Both the position numbers and the translations under genes were made by a program. Under the pieces are notes generated by a model. The model did no database searches and was not told the DNA's origin. It worked only from the letters and a program-made list of their open reading frames with translations. A stretch of 64,000 nucleotides of DNA from Gemmatimonadales bacterium (lineage in GTDB: Bacteria > Gemmatimonadota > Gemmatimonadetes > Gemmatimonadales > GWC2-71-9): contig DATIBS010000131.1 in assembly GCA_035457305.1 (NCBI GenBank), positions 1,831 through 65,830 of the forward strand. Direction: 5' to 3'. This document shows, in pieces, positions 38,325-47,298 of the stretch (position 1 is the stretch's first letter; every line of letters starts with the position of its first letter).

Positions 38325-39053
38325 TCACCCCCACCGCCTGAGCTCCGCCCCCTCGGCCGTGACCACCGCGTAGCGCAGCCCGTCCATCCACGCGCCCGGG
38401 TTCAGGTACAGCCGCCCCGGCGCCACCTCCACGCTCGCCGTGATGTGGGTGTGTCCCAGCGTCACCAGCCCGAGGGCCGGATCGTCCCGCAGCGCGCGCT
38501 CCGCCCACGCGCGCTGCCGGACCGCCGCCCGCCCGAGCACGGCGGGATCGCGGGTCGAGTCGCCCAGCCGGTGACTGAGCCGGTCCACCAGGGCGATGCC
38601 GACATCGGGGTGCACGGCGCGGTAGAGCGCGATCGTGGCCGGGTGGCGGGTGAGCCGGTGCATCAGCGCTGCCGACCAGTGCTCCTCCGTCAGCCCGTCG
38701 CCGTGGATCGCCAGCACCTCCCGGCCGCCGGCCCGGAATCGGGCACGGAGCGGATGGAAGGCGATCCCCAGGTCCTGCCGCCAGAAATCCTCACCCCAGC
38801 GGTCGTGGTTGCCCCCGACCATCGTGACCGGGAGCCGCCGCTGCAGCGCCCGGAGTGACGCGGCCACGTGGAATCCCCGTCGAGGGATGACCCGGCGGTA
38901 GGTGAACCAGAAATCGAAGAGGTCCCCGTTGATCAGGAGCGCGTCCCCCAGCTCGGGGACGCGGTCGAGGAAACCGAGGAGCGCCTCCTCGACCGCTGGC
39001 GGGGCGTCACCGAGGTGGGCGTCGGCGACGATGACGAGGGCGTCGGCAGGCAT
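38325..39053 (-). CDS. lpxH: LpxH-like metallophosphoesterase (UDP-2,3-diacylglucosamine hydrolase family)
   Basis: ATG 39053. VADAHLGD, INGDLFDFWF, GGNHDRW, IHGDG, LGHTH. Confidence 0.75.
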   Translation of the reverse strand: MPADALVIVADAHLGDAPPAVEEALLGFLDRVPELGDALLINGDLFDFWFTYRRVIPRRGFHVAASLRALQRRLPVTMVGGNHDRWGEDFWRQDLGIAFHPLRARFRAGGREVLAIHGDGLTEEHWSAALMHRLTRHPATIALYRAVHPDVGIALVDRLSHRLGDSTRDPAVLGRAAVRQRAWAERALRDDPALGLVTLGHTHITASVEVAPGRLYLNPGAWMDGLRYAVVTAEGAELRRWG

Positions 39054-39059
39054 CGGGCG

Positions 39060-39089
39060 AAGATAGGCCGGCCCGGCGGATCGTCGCAA
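39060..39089 (-). promoter_or_regulatory. Candidate promoter placing the TSS at or next to the lpxH-like ATG (possible leaderless mRNA)
   Basis: Minus strand: TTGCGA (39089-39084), 18 nt, TATCTT (39065-39060), 6 nt, ATG (39053). Confidence 0.3.
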
Positions 39090-39199
39090 GCGGTTGCAGC
39101 ATTTGATCTTCCGCGGCGCGGGTGCGAACTTGGGGCCAACCCGCGGGCCGGTGTCCACGGCTGACCGCCTGGAACGTCTCCCCCACGACTGGAGTGTGC

Positions 39200-39622
39200 A
39201 TGGCCGGTCCGGTGACCGAGGTCGCGCATCGCGTGAATTACAGCGAAACCGACCAGATGGGCGTGGTGTATCACGCGCGGTACCTCGTGTGGCTGGATGT
39301 GGCGCGCTGCGAGCACCTCCGCGCGACGGGCCTCAGCTACCGGGAGCTCGAGGACGCGGGCTTCCGGCTGGCGGTGTCCGAGGCGTCCCTCCGGTATCGG
39401 CAGCCGGCCCGGTACGACGACCCAGTGCGGGTCCGGTGCTGGGTGCGGGAGGCGGTCCCGCGCCGGGTCACGTTCGGCTATGCCGTGGAGCACGCCGACG
39501 GCCGCCTCCTGGCGACCGCCACCATCGCGCTGCTCTGCCTCGACGCGGCCTTCCGATTGAGCCGCCTGCCCGGCGAGCTGCTCGAGCGCCTTGTCCCCTC
39601 GCCCGACCCGGTGCGCCTCTGA
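39200..39622 (+). CDS. Acyl-CoA thioesterase, YbgC/4HBT hot-dog family
   Basis: ATG 39200. VNYSETDQMGVVYHARYLVWLDVAR, FRLAVSEASLRYRQPARYDD. Confidence 0.8.
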   Translation: MAGPVTEVAHRVNYSETDQMGVVYHARYLVWLDVARCEHLRATGLSYRELEDAGFRLAVSEASLRYRQPARYDDPVRVRCWVREAVPRRVTFGYAVEHADGRLLATATIALLCLDAAFRLSRLPGELLERLVPSPDPVRL

Positions 39623-41649
39623 TGCGAGTCTTCCGCTGGGTCCCGCTGGCAGTGTTTCTCGCCGCCGCCGCTGCCCCGCTCGCCGCGCAGGACGAGGCGG
39701 GCATCACCACCCTGGCCGAGATCCTCGCCGCCGAGGACGCGCGCGACGCCGGCGCCGCCGTGCTCGGGCGGGCGGTGAACGATCCCGATCCGCTCGTCCG
39801 CCGCATCGCCGCGCAGGCCGTCGGCCGGATCGCGGATCCTGCATTGGCCTCCCTGGTCCTCCCTCTCCTCGAGGACCCCGATACCGTCGTGCAGACCACG
39901 GCGGTGTTCGCCCTCGGCCTGATCCGGGATTCGGCGAACGTCGCCCCGCTCCTCGGCCGCCTGGGGGGCGACCGTGCGGTGGCGAAGGAGACCGCGGAGG
40001 AGGCGGTGGCGGCCCTGGCCCGGATGGGTGGCAGCCAGGCGGCGGAATGGATCGGCCGGGTGCTCCGCGGGGTCGGGGCACCCGTCACGCCCGATACCCT
40101 GGGCCTCCTGCGGGAGGCGGCCGGGCAGGCGTGGCGACTCCGGCGCGACGCCCCCGCGGGCGCACTGGTCCCGCTCCTCGACCACGAGGACCGCGACGTC
40201 CGCGAGGGCGCCTGGTACAGCCTCGCCCAGCTCCGGCACCCCGCGCTGGCCGGGCGGGTCGCGTCGTGGCTCGACGATCCGGAGCCCACCACGCGCGAGC
40301 TCGCCGCGCGCGCGCTCACCCCGGCGCTGGTGAAGGCCGCGGCGATGACGAACGAGGCCGCGGCCGCGATCCTGCGGCGCGCGATGGACGACCAGTCTCC
40401 CGGCGTTCGCGTGAACGCCCTCCGGAGCCTCGGCGCCCTCCGGGACACCGCCTCCGCCGGCCGGGTGGCGGCGCGGCTCCAGGACCAGGACCCGAATGTC
40501 CGGGTGCAGGCGGCCATGACCCTCGGCGAGCTCCGCGTGCCCGGCTCGGCGCCCGCGCTGGAGAACGCACTCGCCCCCCGGGAGCGCTGGGCGCTCCAGC
40601 GGGAGGCGCTCCTGGCCCTCGCGCGTGTCGACACTGCCGCGTTCGCCCGGGCGGTCGGCTCGTGGACGACGAGCCCGGAGTGGCGCCGCCGCCGGGCGGC
40701 GGCGCAGGCGTGGACCGTGACCGCCCCCGGGGCGCCGGCGCTCCACGCGATGCTCCGCGACCCCGACTCCCGGGTGCGCGCCGCGGCCCTCCAGGGCCTC
40801 GTGCCGGCGGGATCGAAGCCCTTGCCGGAGGCGGCCGAGGCGGCCCGGCTCGCGCTCACCCAGGCCGACTTCACGGTGCGAGCCGCTGCGGCGGGGATCC
40901 TCCGCGCCGCGGCCTCGCCCGGTGACGTCCCCCGCCTGGTCGCCGCGATCCGGCTGGCCGAGCGCGACTCCTCACCCGACGCCGCCCTGGCCGCGCTCGG
41001 CGCGCTCCGGGCAATCGCCGACTCGGGCGGTGGGGACGGGCCGGCCGTGGCCCTCGCCGACGGCGTCCCGCGGGCGGAATCGTACCTCTGGCGGGCGTGG
41101 GCCGAGGCCAACTGGCCGGCGCTCGCCCAGGCCTGGGGCGCGTCATACCCGATCGCCACCGGCCGCACCATGGAGGACTATCGCGGGGTGGTGCGCGACT
41201 TCCTCACGGGGGCGGCGGCGGCCACGCCTCCGCGGGTGATGATCGAGACCGTGGAGCGGGGCATGCTGGAGGTGGAGCTCTTCGGGTCGGAGGCGCCGCT
41301 CACGGTCGCCAACTTCCTCCGCCTCGTGGACCAGCGCTACTTCGACGGCGGCACCTGGCATCGCGTGGTCCCGAACTTCGTGGCCCAGGACGGCGACCCG
41401 CGGGGCGATGGCGAGGGTGGCCCCGGCTGGGTGATCCGGGACGAGATCAATCGCCGGCGCTATTCCACCAGCGGCATCCTCGGGATGGCCCTGTCGGGGC
41501 CGGACACGGGGGGGAGCCAGTGGTTCCTGACCCACGGCCCGGCGCCGCACCTCGACGGCACCTATACCGTCTTCGGGCGCGTGGTGGGCAACCGGAGCCC
41601 GCTGGGCCGCATCACCCAGGGTGACGTGATCCGCGCCATTCGCAGATGA
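39622..41649 (+). CDS. Secreted HEAT-repeat protein fused to a C-terminal cyclophilin-type peptidyl-prolyl isomerase
   Basis: TGATG overlap with the thioesterase gene. Signal peptide MRVFRWVPLAVFLAAAAAPLAAQ. At least 8 HEAT-like repeats (DPDPLVRRIAAQAVGRI, DQDPNVRVQAAMTLGEL ...). C-terminus has VANFLRLV, WHRVVPNFVAQDGDP, GILGMA, GSQWF, VFGRVV. Confidence 0.8.
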   Translation: MRVFRWVPLAVFLAAAAAPLAAQDEAGITTLAEILAAEDARDAGAAVLGRAVNDPDPLVRRIAAQAVGRIADPALASLVLPLLEDPDTVVQTTAVFALGLIRDSANVAPLLGRLGGDRAVAKETAEEAVAALARMGGSQAAEWIGRVLRGVGAPVTPDTLGLLREAAGQAWRLRRDAPAGALVPLLDHEDRDVREGAWYSLAQLRHPALAGRVASWLDDPEPTTRELAARALTPALVKAAAMTNEAAAAILRRAMDDQSPGVRVNALRSLGALRDTASAGRVAARLQDQDPNVRVQAAMTLGELRVPGSAPALENALAPRERWALQREALLALARVDTAAFARAVGSWTTSPEWRRRRAAAQAWTVTAPGAPALHAMLRDPDSRVRAAALQGLVPAGSKPLPEAAEAARLALTQADFTVRAAAAGILRAAASPGDVPRLVAAIRLAERDSSPDAALAALGALRAIADSGGGDGPAVALADGVPRAESYLWRAWAEANWPALAQAWGASYPIATGRTMEDYRGVVRDFLTGAAAATPPRVMIETVERGMLEVELFGSEAPLTVANFLRLVDQRYFDGGTWHRVVPNFVAQDGDPRGDGEGGPGWVIRDEINRRRYSTSGILGMALSGPDTGGSQWFLTHGPAPHLDGTYTVFGRVVGNRSPLGRITQGDVIRAIRR

Positions 41650-44465
41650 CCCGCGCCGCCGTCCTCCTCCTGCTCCTCGCCGGCACCTTCGGCCGGGCGC
41701 CGGCCGCGGCGGCGCAGTTCTTCCCGTTCGGGGCGAACAAGGTCCAGTACAAGAAGCTGGACTGGCAGGTGGCGCGCGGCCCGCACGTGGACCTCTACTA
41801 CTACCCCGCGGAAGCCGGCCTCGTGCCGATGGCCCTCGCCGCGGCCGAGGCGGGCTACGACACGCTCGCCCTCCAGTTCGGGCACGAGGTGCCCACCCGG
41901 GTCCCGCTCATCCTCTACGCCTCGCATCGGGACTTCGAACAGACCAACGTCCTCCCGTTCCGTCCGCCGGAAGGGATCCTCGGCGCCACCGACTTCCTGA
42001 AGCGCCGGGTCGTGATGCCCTACCGGGGCAGCATGTCCGAGTTCCTCGGCACGCTCCGCCACGAGCTGGTCCACGTCTTCCAGCTCAGCATCGGGGGGGA
42101 GTCGTTCCACAAGGGCTCGCGCTCCGTGGCCGCGAGCTTCCCGCTCTGGTGGACGGAGGGGCTCGCGGAATACTGGTCGGCAGGGGAGGATGCGCGGGAC
42201 GAGATGATCCTGCGGGACCTGGTCCTCGGCGGCCACCTGCCGCGGCTGCAGGACCTCAATCCCTATGGAAGCGGGCTCGAGTACAGTCTGGGCGGCCGGG
42301 TCATGCGCTGGCTCGGCGTCACCTACGGCGACTGGCGCATCGCCGCCATGCACCGCGACCTCTGGACGTTCGATTCGTTCGACCAGGCCCTCCGGACCAT
42401 CTACGGGAAGTCGCTCGAGGACCTCGACCGGGAGTTCGGCCTCGCGATCCGGCGGGAGTTCTTTCCCGTGGCGATGGAGCGGGAGCCCCTTCCGCTCATC
42501 GGCCGCCGCGTGGCGGATCGCGCCATCGAGCCGGTGCTCATCCCGGACGGGGAGGACGACGGGACCCTCTACTACGTCTCCCAGGCGCGGGGGTACGTCA
42601 CCATCTATCGCCGCCGGCTCGGCGGTCGGGCCGAGGCGCTCGTGGTCTCCGGACGCACCCCCGAGTACGAGTCCCTCCACCCGTTCGAGTCGCGCTTCGA
42701 CACGAGCCGGGACGGCCTCCTGCTCTTCTCGTCGCAGCGGGAGGATCGGGACGCCCTGATGATCGTGGATCTCGCCCGGCGCAAGGTGGTGGGGCGGTAC
42801 AGCTTCCCCGAGCTCGCCGGGATCCGCTCCCCGGCCTGGTGCCTCGACGGCACGATCGTCCTCAGCGGGCTGGGGGAGAACGGGATCTCCGACCTCTACC
42901 GCGTGCACCTGCCCGAGGGGCGCCTGGAACGGCTCACCGACGACCACTACCAGGACCTGGACCCGAGCCCGTCACCGGACGGCACGCGCGTGGCCTTCGC
43001 GTCGGACCGCACTGCGGGCGGCGACACCGGCGCCGTGAACCTCTTCCTCCTCGATCTGACCACCGGCGGCCTCCGCCAGCTGACCGCGGGACCGTGGCTC
43101 GACGAATCGCCCGTGTGGGGGCAGGACGGGCGGATCTGGTTCACCTCGAGCCGGGACGGGGTGCTCAATGCGTTCTCGGTGGACACGCTCGGCGAGGGCC
43201 GTCGGGAGACCGCCGCGTGGACCGGCCTGCTCGACGTCCATCCCGTCGAGGGCCGGGAAGCCGTCACGGCCAGCGGGTTCGACGATCTGACCCTGAACGC
43301 CTGGCTCATCCCCCTCGACACGGCCGCGCGCCGGGACACCTTCGCCCTGGCCGACCCGGCGCCCCACAGCGCCTGGTCGCTCCCCGGCCTGGCGGAGACC
43401 ACCGCAGAGCCGCTCGCCGGGGAGCCCTATCGCAAGCGGCTCACGGTGGACTTCCTGGCCGGGGAGGGCGCGGTCGTGCCGGGCTACGGGGGGGGCGCGT
43501 CGTTCGGGATGCTGATGAGCGACCTGCTGGGTGACCACCTGCTGGGCCTCTCCGTCTTCAGCTGGCAGGGCGAGGACCTGGGCAGCTTCATCGAGAATCT
43601 CTCCGGCACCGCCGTCTACCTCAACCAGTCCAGCCGGGTGAACTGGGCCGCGGGCGCCTTCCGCCTGAGCACCCGCAATTTCGAGGGGGAGCAGGTCGTC
43701 GCCTACGAGGAGAAGACCTTTGGCGTCCTCGGCCAGCTCCGGTATCCCCTCAACCGGTTCGAGCGGGTCGAGGGCTCGATGGTCGTGGAGCACTCCGACC
43801 GCACCGATTTCACCCTGCCGGTGGACGAGCCCAACCGGGTGGGCATGATCGTCTCCCATTTCCTCGGGTATGTCCGCGACAACTCGCTGTGGACCGCCGC
43901 CGGGCCCATCGACGGCACGCGAATGGCGCTCACCGCCGGCATCGGGAACGACTTCACCAATGCGCGATTCGACAACTGGCTCCTGCGGGCGGACCTGCGG
44001 CAGTACTTCCGGCTCGGACTCCGGAGCGCGTACGCCGTGCGGGCGTTCGGTTTCGCCTCCGGGGGCGACCGGCCGCGGCGCACCAACCTCGGTGGGAGTC
44101 TGGGCCTGCGGGGGTACCCCCTCTACGGCTACATTGTCGGCACGAAGGCGTGGATGCTGAACCAGGAGCTCCGCTTTCCGCTCTTCCGGCATGTCACCTT
44201 CGGCACCGCCATCGGCGACATCCGCTTTCCCGAGAACCAGGCGGCCATCTTCCTCGATCTCGGCTACGCCGGGTTGCCCTACGAGGCGAACCGCGCCGTG
44301 CTCGGTTCCTACGGCTTCGGCTTCCGGTGGCCGATGGGCCCGTTGGCGGTGATCCGCCTCGATCTCGGTTGGCGGTTCTCGAGCGACAACTTCCATGGCT
44401 ACGCCCTCAGCGCCGACGACCAGCGGCCCTTCTTCCTCAGCGTCTTCTTCGGGTACAACTACTAA
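41646..44465 (+). CDS. Large outer-membrane protein: Peptidase_MA-like HExxH domain + TolB/PD40-like beta-propeller + C-terminal Omp85 (surface antigen) type barrel
   Basis: ATGA overlap with the upstream gene. Signal peptide. RHELVHVFQ. PD40-like repeats (DLDPSPSPDGTRVAFASDR, DESPVWGQDGRIWFTSSRDG). C-terminus has GGSLGLRGYP, GFGFRWPMGPLAVIRLDLGW, and a terminal ...FFGYNY aromatic end. Confidence 0.75.
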   Translation: MTRAAVLLLLLAGTFGRAPAAAAQFFPFGANKVQYKKLDWQVARGPHVDLYYYPAEAGLVPMALAAAEAGYDTLALQFGHEVPTRVPLILYASHRDFEQTNVLPFRPPEGILGATDFLKRRVVMPYRGSMSEFLGTLRHELVHVFQLSIGGESFHKGSRSVAASFPLWWTEGLAEYWSAGEDARDEMILRDLVLGGHLPRLQDLNPYGSGLEYSLGGRVMRWLGVTYGDWRIAAMHRDLWTFDSFDQALRTIYGKSLEDLDREFGLAIRREFFPVAMEREPLPLIGRRVADRAIEPVLIPDGEDDGTLYYVSQARGYVTIYRRRLGGRAEALVVSGRTPEYESLHPFESRFDTSRDGLLLFSSQREDRDALMIVDLARRKVVGRYSFPELAGIRSPAWCLDGTIVLSGLGENGISDLYRVHLPEGRLERLTDDHYQDLDPSPSPDGTRVAFASDRTAGGDTGAVNLFLLDLTTGGLRQLTAGPWLDESPVWGQDGRIWFTSSRDGVLNAFSVDTLGEGRRETAAWTGLLDVHPVEGREAVTASGFDDLTLNAWLIPLDTAARRDTFALADPAPHSAWSLPGLAETTAEPLAGEPYRKRLTVDFLAGEGAVVPGYGGGASFGMLMSDLLGDHLLGLSVFSWQGEDLGSFIENLSGTAVYLNQSSRVNWAAGAFRLSTRNFEGEQVVAYEEKTFGVLGQLRYPLNRFERVEGSMVVEHSDRTDFTLPVDEPNRVGMIVSHFLGYVRDNSLWTAAGPIDGTRMALTAGIGNDFTNARFDNWLLRADLRQYFRLGLRSAYAVRAFGFASGGDRPRRTNLGGSLGLRGYPLYGYIVGTKAWMLNQELRFPLFRHVTFGTAIGDIRFPENQAAIFLDLGYAGLPYEANRAVLGSYGFGFRWPMGPLAVIRLDLGWRFSSDNFHGYALSADDQRPFFLSVFFGYNY

Positions 44466-44471
44466 CTGCTG

Positions 44472-45179
44472 ATGTGGCAACGCTTTTCGCTTGACCGCCG
44501 CGGTCTCGTTCCGTATCTTGCCGCGGTGATGGCGGGGTGCGCGCCCCGGGTGGAGCCGCTGGTGCCGGTGGATGCGGCACCGGTCGACCGGGCGGTCGTG
44601 GTCGCCTGGAGTGCCCCGACGGCGCCTGCGGGTCCGGCGGTGCACCGGTTCAAGTGGATGTACCGTGACGGCCGGCAGAGCGCCGGCGGGCGAGGGAGTG
44701 CCCGGGTGGCCGCGCCGGACTCGGTTCGGGTCGACGCGCGTGGCCCCCTGGGGCAGGGGCGGTCGAGTGGCGTCGTGGTCGGCGACTCGATCCTCTGGGC
44801 GGAGCCGGAGGACAATCTCATCGAAGCGGCGCCCAACGTGGCGCTCATGTGGGCCCTCTTCGGGGTGGCGCGGGAACCGGGGCCGGGAGCCGCGCTCCTG
44901 GGCCTCGAACGGCCGGGATTCACCGCCTGGCGGGTCGTCGAGGGACCGGACACGCTGGAGTACGTCCGCGAGCCGGAGCGCGGGCGGTTGCGCGCCGAGC
45001 TTCGCCGGGCCGGCCAGGTCATCGGCCGCACCGAGGCGACGCGCGACGAGGCGGGGCGGCTGAAGTCGGCGCGGCTCACCGTGCCGTCGGTCCCCGCCCG
45101 GCTCGACCTGACCTTCCTCTCGAGCGAGACGCCGAGTGAGCCTTTCGCGTCGGACGTCTGGCTGCCTGATCGCCCTTAG
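44472..45179 (+). CDS. Lipoprotein, LolB/DUF4292-like (tentative)
   Basis: Lipobox LAAVMAGC. Pattern RVAAPDSVRVDARGPLGQGRSSGVVVGDSILW resembles LolA/LolB-fold lipoproteins. Assignment is tentative. Confidence 0.55.
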   Translation: MWQRFSLDRRGLVPYLAAVMAGCAPRVEPLVPVDAAPVDRAVVVAWSAPTAPAGPAVHRFKWMYRDGRQSAGGRGSARVAAPDSVRVDARGPLGQGRSSGVVVGDSILWAEPEDNLIEAAPNVALMWALFGVAREPGPGAALLGLERPGFTAWRVVEGPDTLEYVREPERGRLRAELRRAGQVIGRTEATRDEAGRLKSARLTVPSVPARLDLTFLSSETPSEPFASDVWLPDRP

Positions 45180-45645
45180 CCTGCTGGCGGCGCCGGGGTG
45201 CGCCTACGGCTTCGCCGGGGGCGGCTTCCCGCCGGACGTCTCCACCGTGGCCATCCTGCCGTTCGACAACCTGACCTCCGAGCCGACGCTCACCCAGGAG
45301 GTGCTGGAAGCGGTGCGGGAGGCGGTCGAACGCCGGCTGGGGCTCCGGGCGGCGGGCGAGACCAGCGCTGACGCCGTGGTGCGCGGGCGGATCACGCGCT
45401 ACGAGCCCGACCTGCCGGTGGCGTACACCGGGAACGACCGGAACCAGGTGACGGTCACGCGGCGCATGGTGCAGCTGTCGGTGGCGGTCGAGATCGTGGA
45501 TCAGCGCACCGGGCGCACCCTGTGGCAGCGCCCCTCGCTGACGGTGGACGGCGACTACGAGCCGGGCAGCGAGCCGGAGGGGCGCCGCCGGGCCCTCGAG
45601 AAGCTCACGACGGACATCGTGGACGGAGCCCAGTCCCAATGGTGA
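45136..45645 (+). CDS. lptE: LptE-like LPS-assembly lipoprotein
   Basis: GTG 45136, 44-nt overlap with the upstream gene. Lipobox LLAAPGC followed by AYGFAGG. AILPFDNLTSEP..., VVRGRITRY, VQLSVAVEIVDQRTGRTLW pattern typical of LptE. Confidence 0.6.
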   Translation: MSLSRRTSGCLIALSLLAAPGCAYGFAGGGFPPDVSTVAILPFDNLTSEPTLTQEVLEAVREAVERRLGLRAAGETSADAVVRGRITRYEPDLPVAYTGNDRNQVTVTRRMVQLSVAVEIVDQRTGRTLWQRPSLTVDGDYEPGSEPEGRRRALEKLTTDIVDGAQSQW

Positions 45646-46007
45646 TCCATCGCCTCGGCCGCCGCGGCAGCGGCACGCGCGGGTGCCTCTTCTCGCTGCT
45701 GCTGTTCGTCGCGGCGCTCTACTATGGCGTGAACATCGGCGAGCCGTTCTACCGGTACTACCAGTACCGCGAGGCCATGCGCTCCGCCGCCCGGTTCGCC
45801 CCGACCCTGTCGGACGACGTGCTGGTCCGTCGGATCCTCGCCAAGGCGGACGAGCTCAACCTGCCGCCCGCGGCGCATCGGATCACCGTTCGGCGCCTCG
45901 AGCAGCCCAGGCGCGTCATCATCTTCGCGGAGTACGAGGAACGTGTCGAACTGCCGTTCTTCAACCACAGCTTCGTCTTCCGACCCCGCGCCGAGGAGTC
46001 GCTCTAG
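45639..46007 (+). CDS. Hypothetical membrane-anchored protein
   Basis: ATG 45639, 7-nt overlap with the lptE-like gene. One TM (CLFSLLLFVAALYYGV), about 90-aa soluble domain. No family recognised. Confidence 0.5.
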   Translation: MVIHRLGRRGSGTRGCLFSLLLFVAALYYGVNIGEPFYRYYQYREAMRSAARFAPTLSDDVLVRRILAKADELNLPPAAHRITVRRLEQPRRVIIFAEYEERVELPFFNHSFVFRPRAEESL

Positions 46008-47298
46008 CCGCCGGGGGTTCCTGCTCGCCCTCCTGCTGGTACTCGCTCCCGCGCCGCTGTGGGCGCGCGCGGCGGCGGGGGAGGGTCATGACGTCGCGCA
46101 GCTCCTGCTGGTGCTCGCGGGCATGCTCGCCGGGGCGAAGATCCTCGGGGACCTGGCCGAACGGGTGGGGCAGCCGGCCGTGCTCGGGGAGCTCCTCGCC
46201 GGCGTCCTGCTCGGGCCGTCCGCCCTGGGGCTCCTGCCGGCCGGCGGCTTCGATGCCGAGTTCATCCGGGTGCTCGGCGAGATCGGCGTCATCCTGCTCC
46301 TCTTCGAGATCGGGCTCGAGACCGACCTCCGCGAGATGTTCCGCGTGGGCCCGAGCTCGCTCAGCGTGGCCGCGGTCGGCGTGGTGCTGCCCTTCGCCCT
46401 CGGCTTCGCCTACTGGACCCACGGGGCGCCCGTCCCGTCGGGCAGCGGGGATGTGCACCTCGCAGCCGTCTTCATCGGCGCCACCCTCACCGCCACCTCG
46501 GTCGGCATCACCGCCCGGGTGCTCGGCGACCTCGGCCAGCTCGGGAGCAAGGAGTCGCGGGTCATCATCGGGGCGGCGGTCATTGACGACGTGCTCGGCC
46601 TCGTGATCCTCACGGTGGTGTCCGGCCTCGCGGCGGGCGCCGCCCTGACCCTCCTCGGGGTCGTGCGGACCTTCGCGGTGGCCGTCGGGTTCCTCGTCGC
46701 CGCCGTCGTCGTCGGCCGCTACGTGGCGCCGCGGCTCTTCGACGTCATCGACCGGATGCGGGTCCGGCACGTGCTCCTGGTCTTCGCCATCGCCTTCGCC
46801 CTGGGGCTCTCGGCCCTCGCCGCGCTCGCCGGATCCGCGATGATCATCGGGGCCTTCGCGGCCGGCCTCGCGCTCTCCGGCACCAACCAGTTCGACACCA
46901 TCGAGGAGCGGGTCAAGCCGGTGGCGGGCGTCTTCACCCCGTTCTTCTTCGTCAGCGTGGGCGGCCAGCTGGACCTGGGGCTCCTGAACCCTGCGCGGCC
47001 GGGGGCCGCCACCGTGCTCACCGTCGCCGCCGTCCTCACGCTCATCGGCATCATCGGAAAAGTGGCCGCGGGGTGGGCGGCTCCCTGGGACCGCTTCCGG
47101 CGGCTCGTGGTTGGCGTGGGCATGGTCCCCCGGGGCGAGGTGGGCCTCATCTTCGCCGAGATCGGCCGGCGCTCCGGCGTGCTCTCCACGGAGGTCTTCG
47201 GCGCCGTCCTCCTCACCGTCATGGCCACGACCTTCGTGGCCCCCCCGGCCCTCAAGGCGCTGTTCGCCCGGGCCGGCTCTCCCACGGAGGCCGCATGA
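45943..47298 (+). CDS. Cation:proton antiporter, CPA2 (Kef/NapA-like) with DD motif
   Basis: GQPAVLGELLAGVLLGP, EIGLE, IIGAAVIDDVLGLV, VPRGEVGLIFA. Start is uncertain: GTG 45943 gives a signal-like SRRGFLLALLLVLAPAPLWARA but a 65-nt overlap. Alternatives are GTG 46111 and ATG 46123. Confidence 0.8.
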   Translation: MSNCRSSTTASSSDPAPRSRSSRRGFLLALLLVLAPAPLWARAAAGEGHDVAQLLLVLAGMLAGAKILGDLAERVGQPAVLGELLAGVLLGPSALGLLPAGGFDAEFIRVLGEIGVILLLFEIGLETDLREMFRVGPSSLSVAAVGVVLPFALGFAYWTHGAPVPSGSGDVHLAAVFIGATLTATSVGITARVLGDLGQLGSKESRVIIGAAVIDDVLGLVILTVVSGLAAGAALTLLGVVRTFAVAVGFLVAAVVVGRYVAPRLFDVIDRMRVRHVLLVFAIAFALGLSALAALAGSAMIIGAFAAGLALSGTNQFDTIEERVKPVAGVFTPFFFVSVGGQLDLGLLNPARPGAATVLTVAAVLTLIGIIGKVAAGWAAPWDRFRRLVVGVGMVPRGEVGLIFAEIGRRSGVLSTEVFGAVLLTVMATTFVAPPALKALFARAGSPTEAA

